A stretch of DNA of 64,000 nt from an uncultured Planctomycetaceae bacterium (lineage in GTDB: Bacteria > Planctomycetota > Planctomycetia > Planctomycetales > Planctomycetaceae): positions 96,001-160,000 of the forward strand of contig CAWFGE010000006.1 of NCBI GenBank assembly GCA_963815195.1, written 5' to 3'. The position numbers and the translations under genes were made by a program. How positions within the stretch are numbered: the stretch's first letter is position 1; each line of letters starts with the position of its first letter. The notes under the pieces are model-generated. The model was not told the origin of the DNA. It was given only the letters and a program-made list of their open reading frames with translations, and did no database searches. This document shows, one piece after another, positions 41,201-50,958 of this stretch.

Positions 41201-44200
41201 TTTGATCTCGACCTGGGTTCGGCCCTGGTCGGTCCAGAAGCTTTGCAGCAGCTTGCCGCGATGTTCGATTTCGACATAAGCCCGCGCGGTCTCATAACCG
41301 CTGCCCCACACCGCGCGGAACGTGTCGCCGGGCTGTAACGACCACTTGGGAGCCGCGAACAGGTTGGGGATTTTGATGCTAAAGTCCTGGGCGTCGGGAT
41401 CCAAAACCTCGATCGGCAGCAGGGCTTTGACTTCGGTGCCGAAGCTGTCTTGGGTTTCGAGCTTCGCGCGGTAGATGCCCGCTTTGAGCTTCGCGGAGAC
41501 TTTGGTCGTGCCGCTGGCGTCGGTTTCAAAATCGGTTTCGTAGGCGACTTCGCCGAGTTCCCAGGAGTTGGGATTGCTGGGATCGACCTCCGGTTCTTCG
41601 CCCGCCTTCGGCTTGCGCTGCGAATAAACATAGCCCCCGGAGAGCGGTTTGCGGTGCACTTTGTCGGGCTGCTTGAGCTGATAGATCTTGAGGGTCCCGC
41701 TGGCCGCCTGGCCTTCGCCGTCCAACGTGGTCGTGTGGATCGTGATTTCCACCGGCTCTTCGTCGGTCTGCCAATCATTCGCGGTCAATTCCGCTTTGAG
41801 CGCGGTGTAGCCCGCGTTGATCGTCCGCTGGGCCGAGCGGGTCTCGCCCGTCGTGTCGGTGACGTCGGCATAGACCATGAACTGGAACGTCGGCTCGTTG
41901 TCCTTGGGAACGGCCGGATCGGGCTTGGCGGTGAATTGGATGTTGAAGCGTGCCGTTGCCGTCGGTCATGCTGCTGCCGTGGGCGATTTCCTGGCTTTGG
42001 CCGGCATAGGGAGGATTCCACCAGTACCGCCAATACCACCACACGGGAAAACGAACCTGCCGCACGACCCGCCAGCTCACCTTGGCCCCGTCGATCGCGG
42101 CCCCCGTGTAGGCGGTCGCTTTGCCGGCGACCTCGACCTGATCGTTCAACCGCGGCGCCTGTTTCGGCGGCTTGACTTCGACCTGGAACTTCGGGCGTTT
42201 GTATTCTTCCACGCGAATCGTCGCGGCTCCGTCCGGTCCGCCGTCGACGCGGAGCGCCATCTGCCCCATCAAGCGGTCGCGGGGCGCGGTCACGCTGCCG
42301 CTGAAGCTGCCGTAGTCGTTGGTCTTGAGCTTCAGGCGTTCGATCTCCTTGCCGTTGACATCCTGAAACACCACGGCAACCGAACGGCCTTTGAGGACTT
42401 CGTACTTGTTCTGGTTTTGGTCCGCCCAAACGCAGATGCCTTTGAAATGCACCGTCTGCCCCGGCCGATACAGAGCCCGATCGGTGAAGAACACCGTCCG
42501 CTCGAACGGTCGCGGTGTCGTGTTGTATGTGTTGATGTAGAAGTAATTGATCGAAGACAACGCCTGGTCGCCCGACTCGGCGTAGAGGACGACGGCGTTC
42601 CGGTTTTCGCCGGTGAAGCGGAACAGGCCCTTCTCGTCGGTCTTGGTGGCGGGGATCTGCATAAGTTGATTGCGGTTTCCGCGCTGCCAGCCGCGAACTT
42701 TCGCCCCGCTGATCGGATCGCCCGTGATCGCATTCAGCACAAACCCTTCCAAGACGCCTTCGCCCTGCCGAGTGCGAATCACAAGCGCCAGATCGCTGAC
42801 CCAGACCTCGGCAAAATTGACCTGGTTGCTGTTATTCGAGAACTGCTCGTTATGGCTCGTGATGAGGTAATACGAACCGGGCTTGAGATCTTCCGGGGCC
42901 TTGAGTTCTTCCGTGCGGAGATGGTAGTCCTCGGTCTTGGGCAAATCTTTTGACCAGGCCTTGAGCGGGTCCAGTTTCAATAACGCCTGCCGCTGGTTTT
43001 GATCGAGGGATTCCGGTCCCCACCGCTGCGACTTGGCATACTCTTCAAAATCAAAGGGCACGATGCGGAAATAGATCTTCGTCACGTTACGATAACTGAC
43101 GTTGATCGTCGGCAGCGGCTTGTTCCAGACGCGTTCGGTGTTGATTTGCGATTGCGGGGCTTCGATTTGCTGGATGAGGTTATAGCACAGCTTGCCGCCG
43201 ATGCTGTCCGGGTTTCGCTTCACGCCGCGCTCGGCGATCTTGTGAGCCTCCACCCAATCGTCTTCGCCATGAACCACGTTCGCCAAGTAGTAAATCGCCC
43301 GCGCGGAGATCTTGTTTTGGGCGTTCTGCTCTTCAAACCGCTTGAGCGCGGCTTTGTAGCGGGCCGCTTTTTCCTCGCCAGAGGCTTTGTTATAGCCGAA
43401 CTGCAAACGCTGGAGATCCGCATCCAACACGGCATCTTTGTCGTTGTCTTTTTGATGGAAGCGAATCAAATCTTGATAAAGATTCACCGCCCGGAGCGTG
43501 GGGGAATCTTCGTCGGTCGTCTTGGGTTTCCATTCGAGGAAGTTGTCGGTCGAAGAAAAAATCGGGCTCTCGGCATCGATCTCGAACTCATCCTCGGCCA
43601 TCGCATATGCCTGCTCGCCGGAGGCGTAAAACTCGATCGCCTCGTAAGCGATGAAGTCGTACAGCGTGGGCCGATAGCTGTCCGGGGCCGTGCCTTTTTC
43701 CAGAAGCTCGTCATAGTCGGCGATCGGCGTTTTTTTGAGGACATCCGGCTTCGCCAGCGCGTTTTGATAATGCCGGCCGATTTCCTGAAACAACCGGGGC
43801 AGATCCCAGGTGGTGAAATCGTTGCTGGGCGGGGCGGCGGTCCGCGTCCGCTGCAAAAACCGCCAGCGGTTTTGCTGGTAGTAATTCCAATACCAGTTGG
43901 CGAGAATCGTCTCCATGATGGGTTTGATCTCAGCCGGCGCCTTGGCGAGCTCGGCCTGCATCTTGGTGATCCGCTCCTCGCTTTTCTCCGTCTCGAGCGC
44001 GATCTTCTTGGCGATCGCCTTTACCGCTTCGTCGTAATCTTTATCCTTGAGTGCCCCGGCGATGATCGGCTCGAGTTTTTTGACCGCCGTCTGGGGCAGG
44101 CCTTTTTTCACCGCGTCGTTCACCTCTTTCCATTGATCGTCCCGCGGCCCGCCCACCGCCGCCAGTATCGAACCAAAGCCCGCCAGAATGAGCACAATCA

Positions 44201-44213
44201 ACCGATGATTCAT
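38259..44213 (-). CDS. Alpha-2-macroglobulin family protein, frameshifts near 41948 and 39070
   Basis: FTDRALYRPGQTVHFKG, VEEYKRPKF, RKNLNETAFFFP, YPYECTEQ thioester motif, YLPKGTYVFEY, MYAPEF. Confidence 0.92.
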
Positions 44214-44364
44214 AGGTCCACTTTCAATGACAGAATTTCACAACATCAGGGCGGCATGTTTCCGCCGAGGATTCGACACGCCGGCATTTGCCGCCGCTAT
44301 TTCAGAGACGCCTGAAGCCGCCCGATAGTTCCAAGATTCCCGCAACTCGAAACCGCCCGCCGAG

Positions 44365-45903
44365 TTAAACGAAGACATGTGCCGACATCGGCCGCACGTT
44401 TTTGATCACAGGACGAAAGTCCATGTGGGCAAGGATGTCTCTTTCCAAATCGATGCCGGGGGCGACTTCTTTCAATTCTAAGCCCGCTTCGCCGATGTCA
44501 AAGACCGCCCGCTCCGTAACGTACAGCACCTTTTGCCCGCGGGACTGGGCTTGGGCCGCGTTGAAACAGCACTGCTCGACCTCGTTGACGAACTTTTTCA
44601 CCGTGCCTTCGCGGAGAATCGTGAGCCGGCCGTCCTCCACGTGGAATTCCGCGTTTCCCGATGTGAAGGTGCCGCAGAATACGAGCCGGCGGGCGCTTTG
44701 CGAGATGTTCACGAACCCGCCCACGCCTGCGAAGCGGGTTCCGAACTTGGAGACGTTGACGTTGCCCGCCGCATCAATTTGAGCCGCCCCCAAAGCCGCG
44801 AAGTCGAGGCCGCCGCCGTCGTAAAAATCGAACTGCGACGGCTGATCGATGATCGCCTGCGGATAATGCGAGGCCCCGAAGCTGAGTCCGCCCGCCGGCA
44901 TCCCGCCGATGGGTCCGCTTTCGACAGTGAGCGTCACCGCCGACAACAAACCGCGCTCGGCGGCGATGCGGGCAATGCCTTCCGGCATGCCGATGCCCAG
45001 GTTGACCACATCGCCCGGCTGCATTTCATCGCAGGCCCGGGACGCAATAATCCGCCGCACTCCCGCCGCGAGAGGCGGGAGGCGAATGCCCGATTGATCC
45101 AAGGGAGCCGGTTCGCAGTAATCGGGATTGAACGCCTCGGCGAAGGTTTGATCGTGCTCTTCCGGCTCTGCAATCACGAGGTGATCGATCAGAATCCCCG
45201 GCACGCGGACATGTTGAGGTTTCATCGGTTCATCCAGAACCCGCTGCACCTGGGCGATCACGATCCCGCCGGAGTTGCGGGCGGCCTGGGCGATGGGCAG
45301 CACCTCGCCGATGACGGCTTCCTCTTCCATCAACAGGTTCCCCCACGGATCGGCCGCCGTCGCGCGGATGAAGCCCACATCGACGGGCAAAGCCTTGTAC
45401 CACAGCCAATCCCGCCCGCCGAGCGAGAGGCGTTCCACCAAACCGGGTGGCGTTCGCTCGTTCAATCGGCCGCCGTGCTGGGCGGGGTCGATAAACGTGC
45501 CCAGGCCGATGTGCGTGATCGTGCCCGGCCTGCCCGCGGCGATGTCGCGGAGCAACTGGCAGACCACGCCCTGCGGGAAGTTGTAGGCTTCGATCAATCC
45601 TTCCCGCGCCAATCGCCCCAAGCCGGGCGCCAGCCCCCAATGCCCGCCGATCACCCGCCGCACCAGGCCTTCGTGCGCCAAATGATTCAGACCCCGCGTT
45701 TTGCCGTCGCCTTGACCCGCGGCATACAGCAGCGTCAAATCCCGCGGCCGCCCCGTCTCCAGAAACCGCCGTTCCAAGGCATGCGACAACGCCTCCGGAT
45801 GAGCCGCCCCCACAAACCCGCCCACGGCGACGGTTTGCCCGTCATGAATCCGGCGAACCGCCTCATCAGCCGAGCACAATAACCTGGCACCTCGCATCGT
45901 CAT
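44365..45903 (-). CDS. Fused acyl-CoA:acetate/3-ketoacid (propionate-type, YdiF-like) CoA-transferase
   Basis: [65 protein letters not shown]. Confidence 0.92.
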   Translation of the reverse strand: MTMRGARLLCSADEAVRRIHDGQTVAVGGFVGAAHPEALSHALERRFLETGRPRDLTLLYAAGQGDGKTRGLNHLAHEGLVRRVIGGHWGLAPGLGRLAREGLIEAYNFPQGVVCQLLRDIAAGRPGTITHIGLGTFIDPAQHGGRLNERTPPGLVERLSLGGRDWLWYKALPVDVGFIRATAADPWGNLLMEEEAVIGEVLPIAQAARNSGGIVIAQVQRVLDEPMKPQHVRVPGILIDHLVIAEPEEHDQTFAEAFNPDYCEPAPLDQSGIRLPPLAAGVRRIIASRACDEMQPGDVVNLGIGMPEGIARIAAERGLLSAVTLTVESGPIGGMPAGGLSFGASHYPQAIIDQPSQFDFYDGGGLDFAALGAAQIDAAGNVNVSKFGTRFAGVGGFVNISQSARRLVFCGTFTSGNAEFHVEDGRLTILREGTVKKFVNEVEQCCFNAAQAQSRGQKVLYVTERAVFDIGEAGLELKEVAPGIDLERDILAHMDFRPVIKNVRPMSAHVFV

Positions 45904-45933
45904 AAAGCCCTCATCAGCGATGGAACATTACGC

Positions 45934-45983
45934 CCTACCATACAAAAACGCCTCCACTCTTGCGAATGGAGGCGTCGGAATTC
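45934..45983. repeat. 50-bp direct repeat copy 1 (contains a - strand terminator)
   Basis: cctaccatacaaaaacgcctccactcttgcgaatggaggcgtcggaattc; one mismatch with 50889..50938. Confidence 0.95.
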
Positions 45984-46018
45984 ATCTGAGAACGGTTTGA
46001 AAACGCTTCCTCCCAATG

Positions 46019-46300
46019 TGAGCGGCACGGCGCTAGCCGCCGGCCTTGACGTTAGCATTATCGCTTCATCGAAACCGGAGGCGAGCGCCGGGTGCCAATG
46101 CCAGATTGCCGCCAGTGTTTTTTCAATCCGAACACGAGATCTGAAAAACGTCCGTCAGCAAGCTCCGCGAAGGCACTGGCAACAAGTTGCCAGTGGCACC
46201 CGACGCCGGGTGCCACGGGCAGCTTGCCTGCCCGTGTTCTTGACCCCATGAAGCTTTGATTCTCGCGAGTTGCACTGGCAACAAGTTGCCAGTGGCACCC
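46019..46300. repeat. REP cluster: one tgagcgg-family arm plus two tandem family-A doublets
   Basis: Family-A arms at 46090-46117, 46174-46201, 46208-46236 and 46273-46300. Confidence 0.85.
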
Positions 46301-46580
46301 GAACGCACCCGAACGCGGGCAACTTTGGATTACATTTACGTTGCCCGTGCCACCCCGCCGCAAATCGTTTTAATCGACACAACCCCTACCATCGGACCAG
46401 CGCCAGCCCAGCCCGCGCAAGAAAAAGCTCGACCAACAAAGGTCGAGCAAACAACTCCCCTACCGCGAAGCGGTTTAGTTCAACGTGAAATGACTGACGA
46501 CGGCAATTCAGCCACAAGTTGTTTGAAGGTAATCTGTTTCTGCACATTTACCATCTGGAACGCGGAACGTCTACTTGGCT

Positions 46581-46775
46581 TCAAGTTTGTGAGCTCAATG
46601 CCCCTCGGCCGATCAGGAAATACAACAGCATGCCAACAATTGGTAACAACAGGATCACCAGGATCCAGAGCAGCTTGAGCATCACCGTGGAATTCCCCAT
46701 CAGTACGCTATAGATGGCAAATATATCCAGGACCAAAATGGCCGCGCCGAATAAACTCATGGTTGTGGTCAGCAT
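46581..46775 (-). CDS. PLDc_N-type small membrane protein
   Basis: LVLDIFAIYSVL...KLLWILVILLLPIVGMLLYFLIGR. Confidence 0.85.
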   Translation of the reverse strand: MLTTTMSLFGAAILVLDIFAIYSVLMGNSTVMLKLLWILVILLLPIVGMLLYFLIGRGALSSQT

Positions 46776-46846
46776 GTCTAGTCTCCTTTCAGAGAACATT
46801 TGTGGCGGTGGAGTCGTTTATGATAGCGATGGAGCAGGCGTGACGA

Positions 46847-47002
46847 TCAAAGCCGTCCTATCAGCAAGAGGACGATGAGTATGACGACGATTAATCCAAG
46901 TCCGCCGCTCGGCATATAACCCCAGCTCCGGCTGTGAGACCAAGTCGGCAACGCACCCAAGAGCAGCAAAATGAGAATCACAAGCAGAATAGTACCAAGC
47001 AT
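46847..47002 (-). CDS. DUF3309 family small membrane protein (not in the ORF track)
   Basis: MLGTILLVILILLLLGALPTWSHSRSWGYMPSGGLGLIVVILIVLLLIGRL. Confidence 0.92.
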   Translation of the reverse strand: MLGTILLVILILLLLGALPTWSHSRSWGYMPSGGLGLIVVILIVLLLIGRL

Positions 47003-47017
47003 TTTCGTGTTCCTTTG

Positions 47018-47303
47018 TCAGTTCCACCACTTTCGGGGATACATGAGGGGATAAATCCATACGAGGAGCATTGCCCCCAGAATCGCCACGATCCAGCCGT
47101 ACCAGTTGTGGCTGGCCAAGGAGAACGGTTCCACTGACGCTCCCCGGAAGAGGGAATAGAGGAACCCGCCCACCAGCGCCGGCGATGCCCAACAGCGTCG
47201 TCATCAGCAGGCTCATGCTTTGCCGGCCTGGAACAAGAAACCGCGCGCACAGCCCCACCACCAATCCGCACAGGATCCAACTTATTATGCTTCCGATACT
47301 CAT
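47018..47303 (-). CDS. GlsB/YeaQ/YmgE (transglycosylase-associated) stress membrane protein, frameshift near 47178
   Basis: IISWILCGLVVGLCARFLVPG...TTLLGIAGA / LVGGFL...GWIVAILGAMLLVWIY. Confidence 0.85.
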
Positions 47304-47494
47304 GGTGTTACTCCTAAAAAGCTCTGACAAAACTACTAGAAATTCCGGAAACCCCGAAATGCAAGGACCTTAGCGTCGAGTATAGAGGTTGTGTCAGAGC
47401 CTCTAATTCAAGAATTGATGATTGAGATCTGCGCCACCGCCTGGAGGCAGCCTGCAATCTTTTGTGCAAGCGTGCCTCCGTCCTCTCTCACGAG

Positions 47495-47662
47495 TTAGGT
47501 TCTCCCCAACCGGCCTCCGAAAAGGAAGGACAACACCGCAATGACGAGGAAGACGACAAACAGGATCTTTGCCACCCCCACGAAAGAGCCGGCAATGCCT
47601 CCGAACCCTAAGACGGCCGCAATGAGTGCGACTACAAGACAAACAATAGCCAGACGTAACAT
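47495..47662 (-). CDS. DUF1328 (YtjA-like) small membrane protein (not in the ORF track)
   Basis: [49 protein letters not shown]; aaggag RBS. Confidence 0.92.
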   Translation of the reverse strand: MLRLAIVCLVVALIAAVLGFGGIAGSFVGVAKILFVVFLVIAVLSFLFGGRLGRT

Positions 47663-47952
47663 GATCAACTCCTTCGATAGATGAGGGGTTAAGGCCGCGA
47701 TTGGCGACTCGACATCAGGGCGTGTCAGTCATTAACGTTGCTTCAAACAAACGGAATTTGGGCTGCATCCTCGCCTCGCAGGTCCTGCTTTCCGAGTCAG
47801 CTTCGGATCGCTCGATCAATAATTGTCCCATTTATTAGCCGCAGGGCGTTAGACGCGCGTGCCCCGGTTCCCGGGAAGAACCGGACGCGAGCGCGTTCCG
47901 GCTGATATTCGGACCGTGTTTTCTCGAACGGCTCGTACTTTGTGTTTTCAAC

Positions 47953-47995
47953 AAAAAAAGCCCCTCCGGTGCCATGTGGAGCACCGAGGGGCTTT
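47953..47995 (-). terminator. Intrinsic terminator in the leader upstream of the small-membrane-gene cluster
   Basis: aaagcccctcggtgc/gcaccggaggggcttt stem plus U7. Confidence 0.8.
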
Positions 47996-48082
47996 CATCG
48001 CCGAAACCATCCACCAACGCAAACGTTGCGAGGAAGGATGACATTGTTAGTTGGGACCGATCATCAGCCCCATCCTTATATT

Positions 48083-48112
48083 ATAATACACTTGAGAATT
48101 AATAAATGTCAA
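48083..48112 (-). promoter_or_regulatory. Sigma70-like promoter
   Basis: TTGACA-N18-TATTAT in an AT-rich patch. Confidence 0.6.
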
Positions 48113-48162
48113 TCTAAAACTTGGAAATTGTGGGATTCTGGCGCAAGCCCCACTTTGCAATC

Positions 48163-48328
48163 GGCAGGGTGGCATGCTCATGGCTTTGCATGAGCATGAG
48201 TTTTGATGAAACCCTGATTTCTCGGCATCACAGACACGGCCCCTCAATCCAATGGCAAAGTCACCTCGCGGACTCATCGAACCTGCAGAAGACATGCTCA
48301 TCCAAAGCCATGAGCATGCCACCCGGCC
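48163..48328. repeat. 166-bp REPIN/MITE-like element, family B, copy 1
   Basis: 22-bp terminal inverted repeats gggtggcatgctcatggctttg/caaagccatgagcatgccaccc; one mismatch with 49621..49786. Confidence 0.95.
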
Positions 48329-48330
48329 GT

Positions 48331-48407
48331 GTAGGGCCGGGTGTGCCGGCCATTCGATTGGGAAAGGTCGCACGCCGACTTCCAAAGGCCGGCGGAGTCG
48401 ACCCTAC
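48331..48407. repeat. GTAG-type REP doublet
   Basis: gtagggccgggtgtgccggcc ... ggccggcggagtcgaccctac. Confidence 0.65.
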
Positions 48408-48420
48408 TCAAGTGACGGCC

Positions 48421-48669
48421 TCAAATAACCTGGGGCACTTCGTGGCGTTCGATTTCCACGCGGGCCACCGCGAAACCAGCATTCTCCACATCGCGAATCG
48501 CGGAGACCAGGGCTTCATCCAACGTGGCCGCCTCGCGATCGAATTGGACCATCGTGACGTCTCCGCGGCTGAGGATACTCCCATCATCGCAACCGGACTG
48601 ATAGAGTTGTTCCGCTTCATCATCCGAGACATCGGCTGCCGTTAATATCAGTGAGAATTCGTATTTCAT
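48421..48669 (-). CDS. Putative HicB-like antitoxin (acidic, no HTH)
   Basis: MKYEFSLIL...LYQSGCDDG...FDREAATLDEALVSAIRDVENAG; 12 bp downstream of a small basic ORF. Confidence 0.55.
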   Translation of the reverse strand: MKYEFSLILTAADVSDDEAEQLYQSGCDDGSILSRGDVTMVQFDREAATLDEALVSAIRDVENAGFAVARVEIERHEVPQVI

Positions 48670-48681
48670 CTGGTCGTCTCG

Positions 48682-48903
48682 TTAGTGGGGGCATTGATCC
48701 ACCGCTCGGCGAATTCGTCTTGCGTGGTCCTCGGGATTCTTGGGAGTGGAAAAGACGCGAAACCGGCAACCCGTCCGGTCACCTTGTCGGCACCAAAGCG
48801 TTCCAAAGATATGGGCCTGCCCACCCGCCTTTGTAAACGTCCACCCGTTGTCCTCTGCGTATTTGATCGCTGCACGAATATGCTTATTGGGATGATTGGC
48901 CAC
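48682..48903 (-). CDS. Putative HicA-like toxin
   Basis: 73-aa basic protein HPNKHIRAAIKYAEDNGW...GGQAH...C...C...STPKNPE. Confidence 0.55.
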   Translation of the reverse strand: MANHPNKHIRAAIKYAEDNGWTFTKAGGQAHIFGTLWCRQGDRTGCRFRVFSTPKNPEDHARRIRRAVDQCPH

Positions 48904-49046
48904 GGGACATCCTGCATACGATTGCTCTCGATTCCATCAGAATTCTACCACGACTCACTTGAGAAGCGAACACAATCTTCTGGATTTGGCGGGATGGCTG
49001 GGGCGTGAACTGACTACGAATCCCAAGAAACGTGTCACAGCCCCAG

Positions 49047-49183
49047 CAAGTAGGGTCCGCTCTGCGGACCATTTGGAAAAAATGAGCTTATCTTATGGGT
49101 CCGCAGAGCGGACCCTACTTGCTGTGCGGACCATTTGGAAAAAATGAGCTTATCTTATGGGTCCGCAGAGTGGCCCCTACTTG
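49047..49183. repeat. GTAG-type REP doublet, family C, with an internal tandem duplication
   Basis: gtagggtccgctctgcggacc ... ggtccgcagagcggaccctac; the spacer plus right arm is repeated. Confidence 0.9.
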
Positions 49184-49363
49184 CTACTCGCTTGCGTCCG
49201 GGTTTTCCTTCAAGCTGAAGAGCCAACCGCCGAGACCAAACAGTCCGATGATGCAAGCCACGAATTGGAGGAACAGGCCCGAATCGTCGTGGTGGTGATA
49301 CGAGCCGCCGAGTAACAGAAGGACGGAAGCCAGAATGACAATGGCAGCGCTCAAGGATTTCAT
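49184..49363 (-). CDS. Small two-TM hypothetical protein (59 aa, not in the ORF track)
   Basis: MKSLSAAIVILASVLLLLGGSYHHHDDSGLFLQFVACIIGLFGLGGWLFSLKENPDASE; aagga RBS. Confidence 0.65.
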   Translation of the reverse strand: MKSLSAAIVILASVLLLLGGSYHHHDDSGLFLQFVACIIGLFGLGGWLFSLKENPDASE

Positions 49364-49388
49364 GTTTTCCTTTCGAGTATGCCAGCCG

Positions 49389-49621
49389 TCACACCAGTTC
49401 GCGGATCAGTTCGCGGTTTTCCACGAGGTATTGCGGGCGGCCGTTGGGGTCGGTGAGGGTGGTGGTGTTGGCGTCGATGCCCAGTTGATGATACAGCGTG
49501 TGGAACACATGCTGCAAATGCACCGGCCGATCCTGCGGTTCCTCGCCGAGCCGATTCGTCGCGCCGATCGCCTGCCCGTGTCGGAACCCGCCGCCGGCGA
49601 GGAAGAAGAACGCGGCCCGCG
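49389..49621 (-). pseudogene. Orphan copy of the DUF1501 3' end (~233 bp)
   Basis: Matches 50959..51191 with 4 differences (TGA/TAA, GTG/GTT, AAC/AAA, GAG/GAA). Confidence 0.95.
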
Positions 49622-49786
49622 GCAGGGTGGCATGCTCATGGCTTTGCATGAGCATGAGTTTTGATGAAACCCTGATTTCTCGGCATCACAGACACGGCCC
49701 CTCAATCCAATGGCAAAGTCACCTCGCGGACTCATCCAACCTGCAGAAGACATGCTCATCCAAAGCCATGAGCATGCCACCCGGCC
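49621..49786. repeat. 166-bp REPIN/MITE-like element, family B, copy 2
   Basis: Near-identical to 48163..48328; abuts the DUF1501 fragment. Confidence 0.95.
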
Positions 49787-49864
49787 ATGCCACCCCGCCG
49801 GCACCCGCCGCGGACGCTACTTGCTTCGAATTGCTCTAATTATCCGTGTTTTAATCGCCTCGCC

Positions 49865-50731
49865 TTATGGGGAATTCTTCGCATCTCGTATGTGGTCTTT
49901 CAGGCTGATCTGCTCGAACATCACCCGGTTATAATAACTATTCAGTTGAATAAAGTTCCCGATCTCCGTCTTGATTGGTTCGTCCTTCGAGATATGGAAC
50001 AAGGATTTTCCATCCAGGAAAACCTCAATTCCTGATGTTCGGACCTTAAAGACCAACGTGCGTTGTTTGGTAAATGTAAATCGGCGGTCCAAGGTGATCC
50101 CCATTGGAGGTTTCCCAAACTTTTCCCGACGTGCTTCCATAATCGGCAAGAAACTCAGTTGAACTGTGCCGTCGGATTTATGACGAACAGCAAATGGGTA
50201 TAATTTCCCACCGTGGGGCAAACTGATGAACGTGTCGTTGGCATGATTTTGATTGACCAGTTGCAATTTAACTGTCAGATCATAATCGCCGGTCGGTTGG
50301 TATGGGATGTCTAAAGCACTTTCGTTTGTCAGGTGATTTGCGGCCAGCGAGTTCCCAAAAAATTTCCAGCTTGGATCCTGTGCAACGGCAACTCGAAGCA
50401 AAGCCAGCATATCAGTCACTCTACTATTTCCCTTGGAGCTTTCAGACTTGAGCCGTTTAATTTCTTTCCGAATGACGAGAGCGTTGTCTAAGCCGTCCGC
50501 ACCCCGCTGAAGCTCCTTAGCGAGAGCGTCCTCAAGTTTCATAAGGTAGGCTTTACGAGCCTCGGTGATGAGCTTCTCATAGGCCAGTTTTGCTTGCTGG
50601 AGATCCCCCTCGTACTTCTTGAGCGCACTTGCAGCGTAGGTCTTAGCAAGTTTGGCTGCTGGATCAACCTCGTTGTTCTGAGCATAGAGGGAAGAAGTCA
50701 GCAAGAGAATTGTCGCTATCGTCAACTTCAC
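49865..50731 (-). CDS. AT-rich secreted hypothetical protein (coiled coil + beta-rich domain)
   Basis: Signal peptide, helical N-half, C-half with PTGDYDLTVKL and VFLDGK; codon usage unlike the flanking core genes. Confidence 0.75.
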   Translation of the reverse strand: MKLTIATILLLTSSLYAQNNEVDPAAKLAKTYAASALKKYEGDLQQAKLAYEKLITEARKAYLMKLEDALAKELQRGADGLDNALVIRKEIKRLKSESSKGNSRVTDMLALLRVAVAQDPSWKFFGNSLAANHLTNESALDIPYQPTGDYDLTVKLQLVNQNHANDTFISLPHGGKLYPFAVRHKSDGTVQLSFLPIMEARREKFGKPPMGITLDRRFTFTKQRTLVFKVRTSGIEVFLDGKSLFHISKDEPIKTEIGNFIQLNSYYNRVMFEQISLKDHIRDAKNSP

Positions 50732-50835
50732 GGTTTTACGTTCTCCGTTCGAAATCCGGTTTCAGGGATCGAAGCGGACAGGCCGCTTTTTCCACTAACA
50801 TTCTGAGCGGGGATCATTTTGCTTGTCAAGCAAGG

Positions 50836-50893
50836 CAAGTCGGGTCCGCTCTGCGGACCATTTGGAAAAACGACATTGACTTATTGGTCCTAC
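50836..50893. repeat. Degenerate family-C REP doublet
   Basis: caagtcgggtccgctctgcggaccatttggaaaaa..., right arm collapsed to ggtcctac. Confidence 0.75.
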
Positions 50894-50938
50894 CATACAA
50901 AAACGCCTCCACTCTTGCGAATCGAGGCGTCGGAATTC
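50889..50938. repeat. 50-bp direct repeat copy 2, DUF1501 terminator
   Basis: Matches 45934..45983; hairpin plus U-tract ~20 bp after the DUF1501 stop. Confidence 0.95.
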
Positions 50939-50958
50939 GAAATTGCCAACGGAAACGA

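Noticed and set aside
46090..46300. CRISPR array
   Set aside because: The ~28-bp units alternate in orientation, are dispersed elsewhere as doublets, and no cas genes are present.
47953..48075. Hammerhead ribozyme (CUGAUGA...GAAA on - strand)
   Set aside because: The stem II closing pair would be U-U, and no stem I partner follows the putative cleavage site.
49047..49183. Mini CRISPR array
   Set aside because: The spacers are identical and the arms are inverted; this is a duplicated REP doublet.
45984..50888. Canonical integron (intI/attC) or prophage
   Set aside because: No tyrosine recombinase, no convincing RYYYAAC...GTTRRRY sites and no phage genes.
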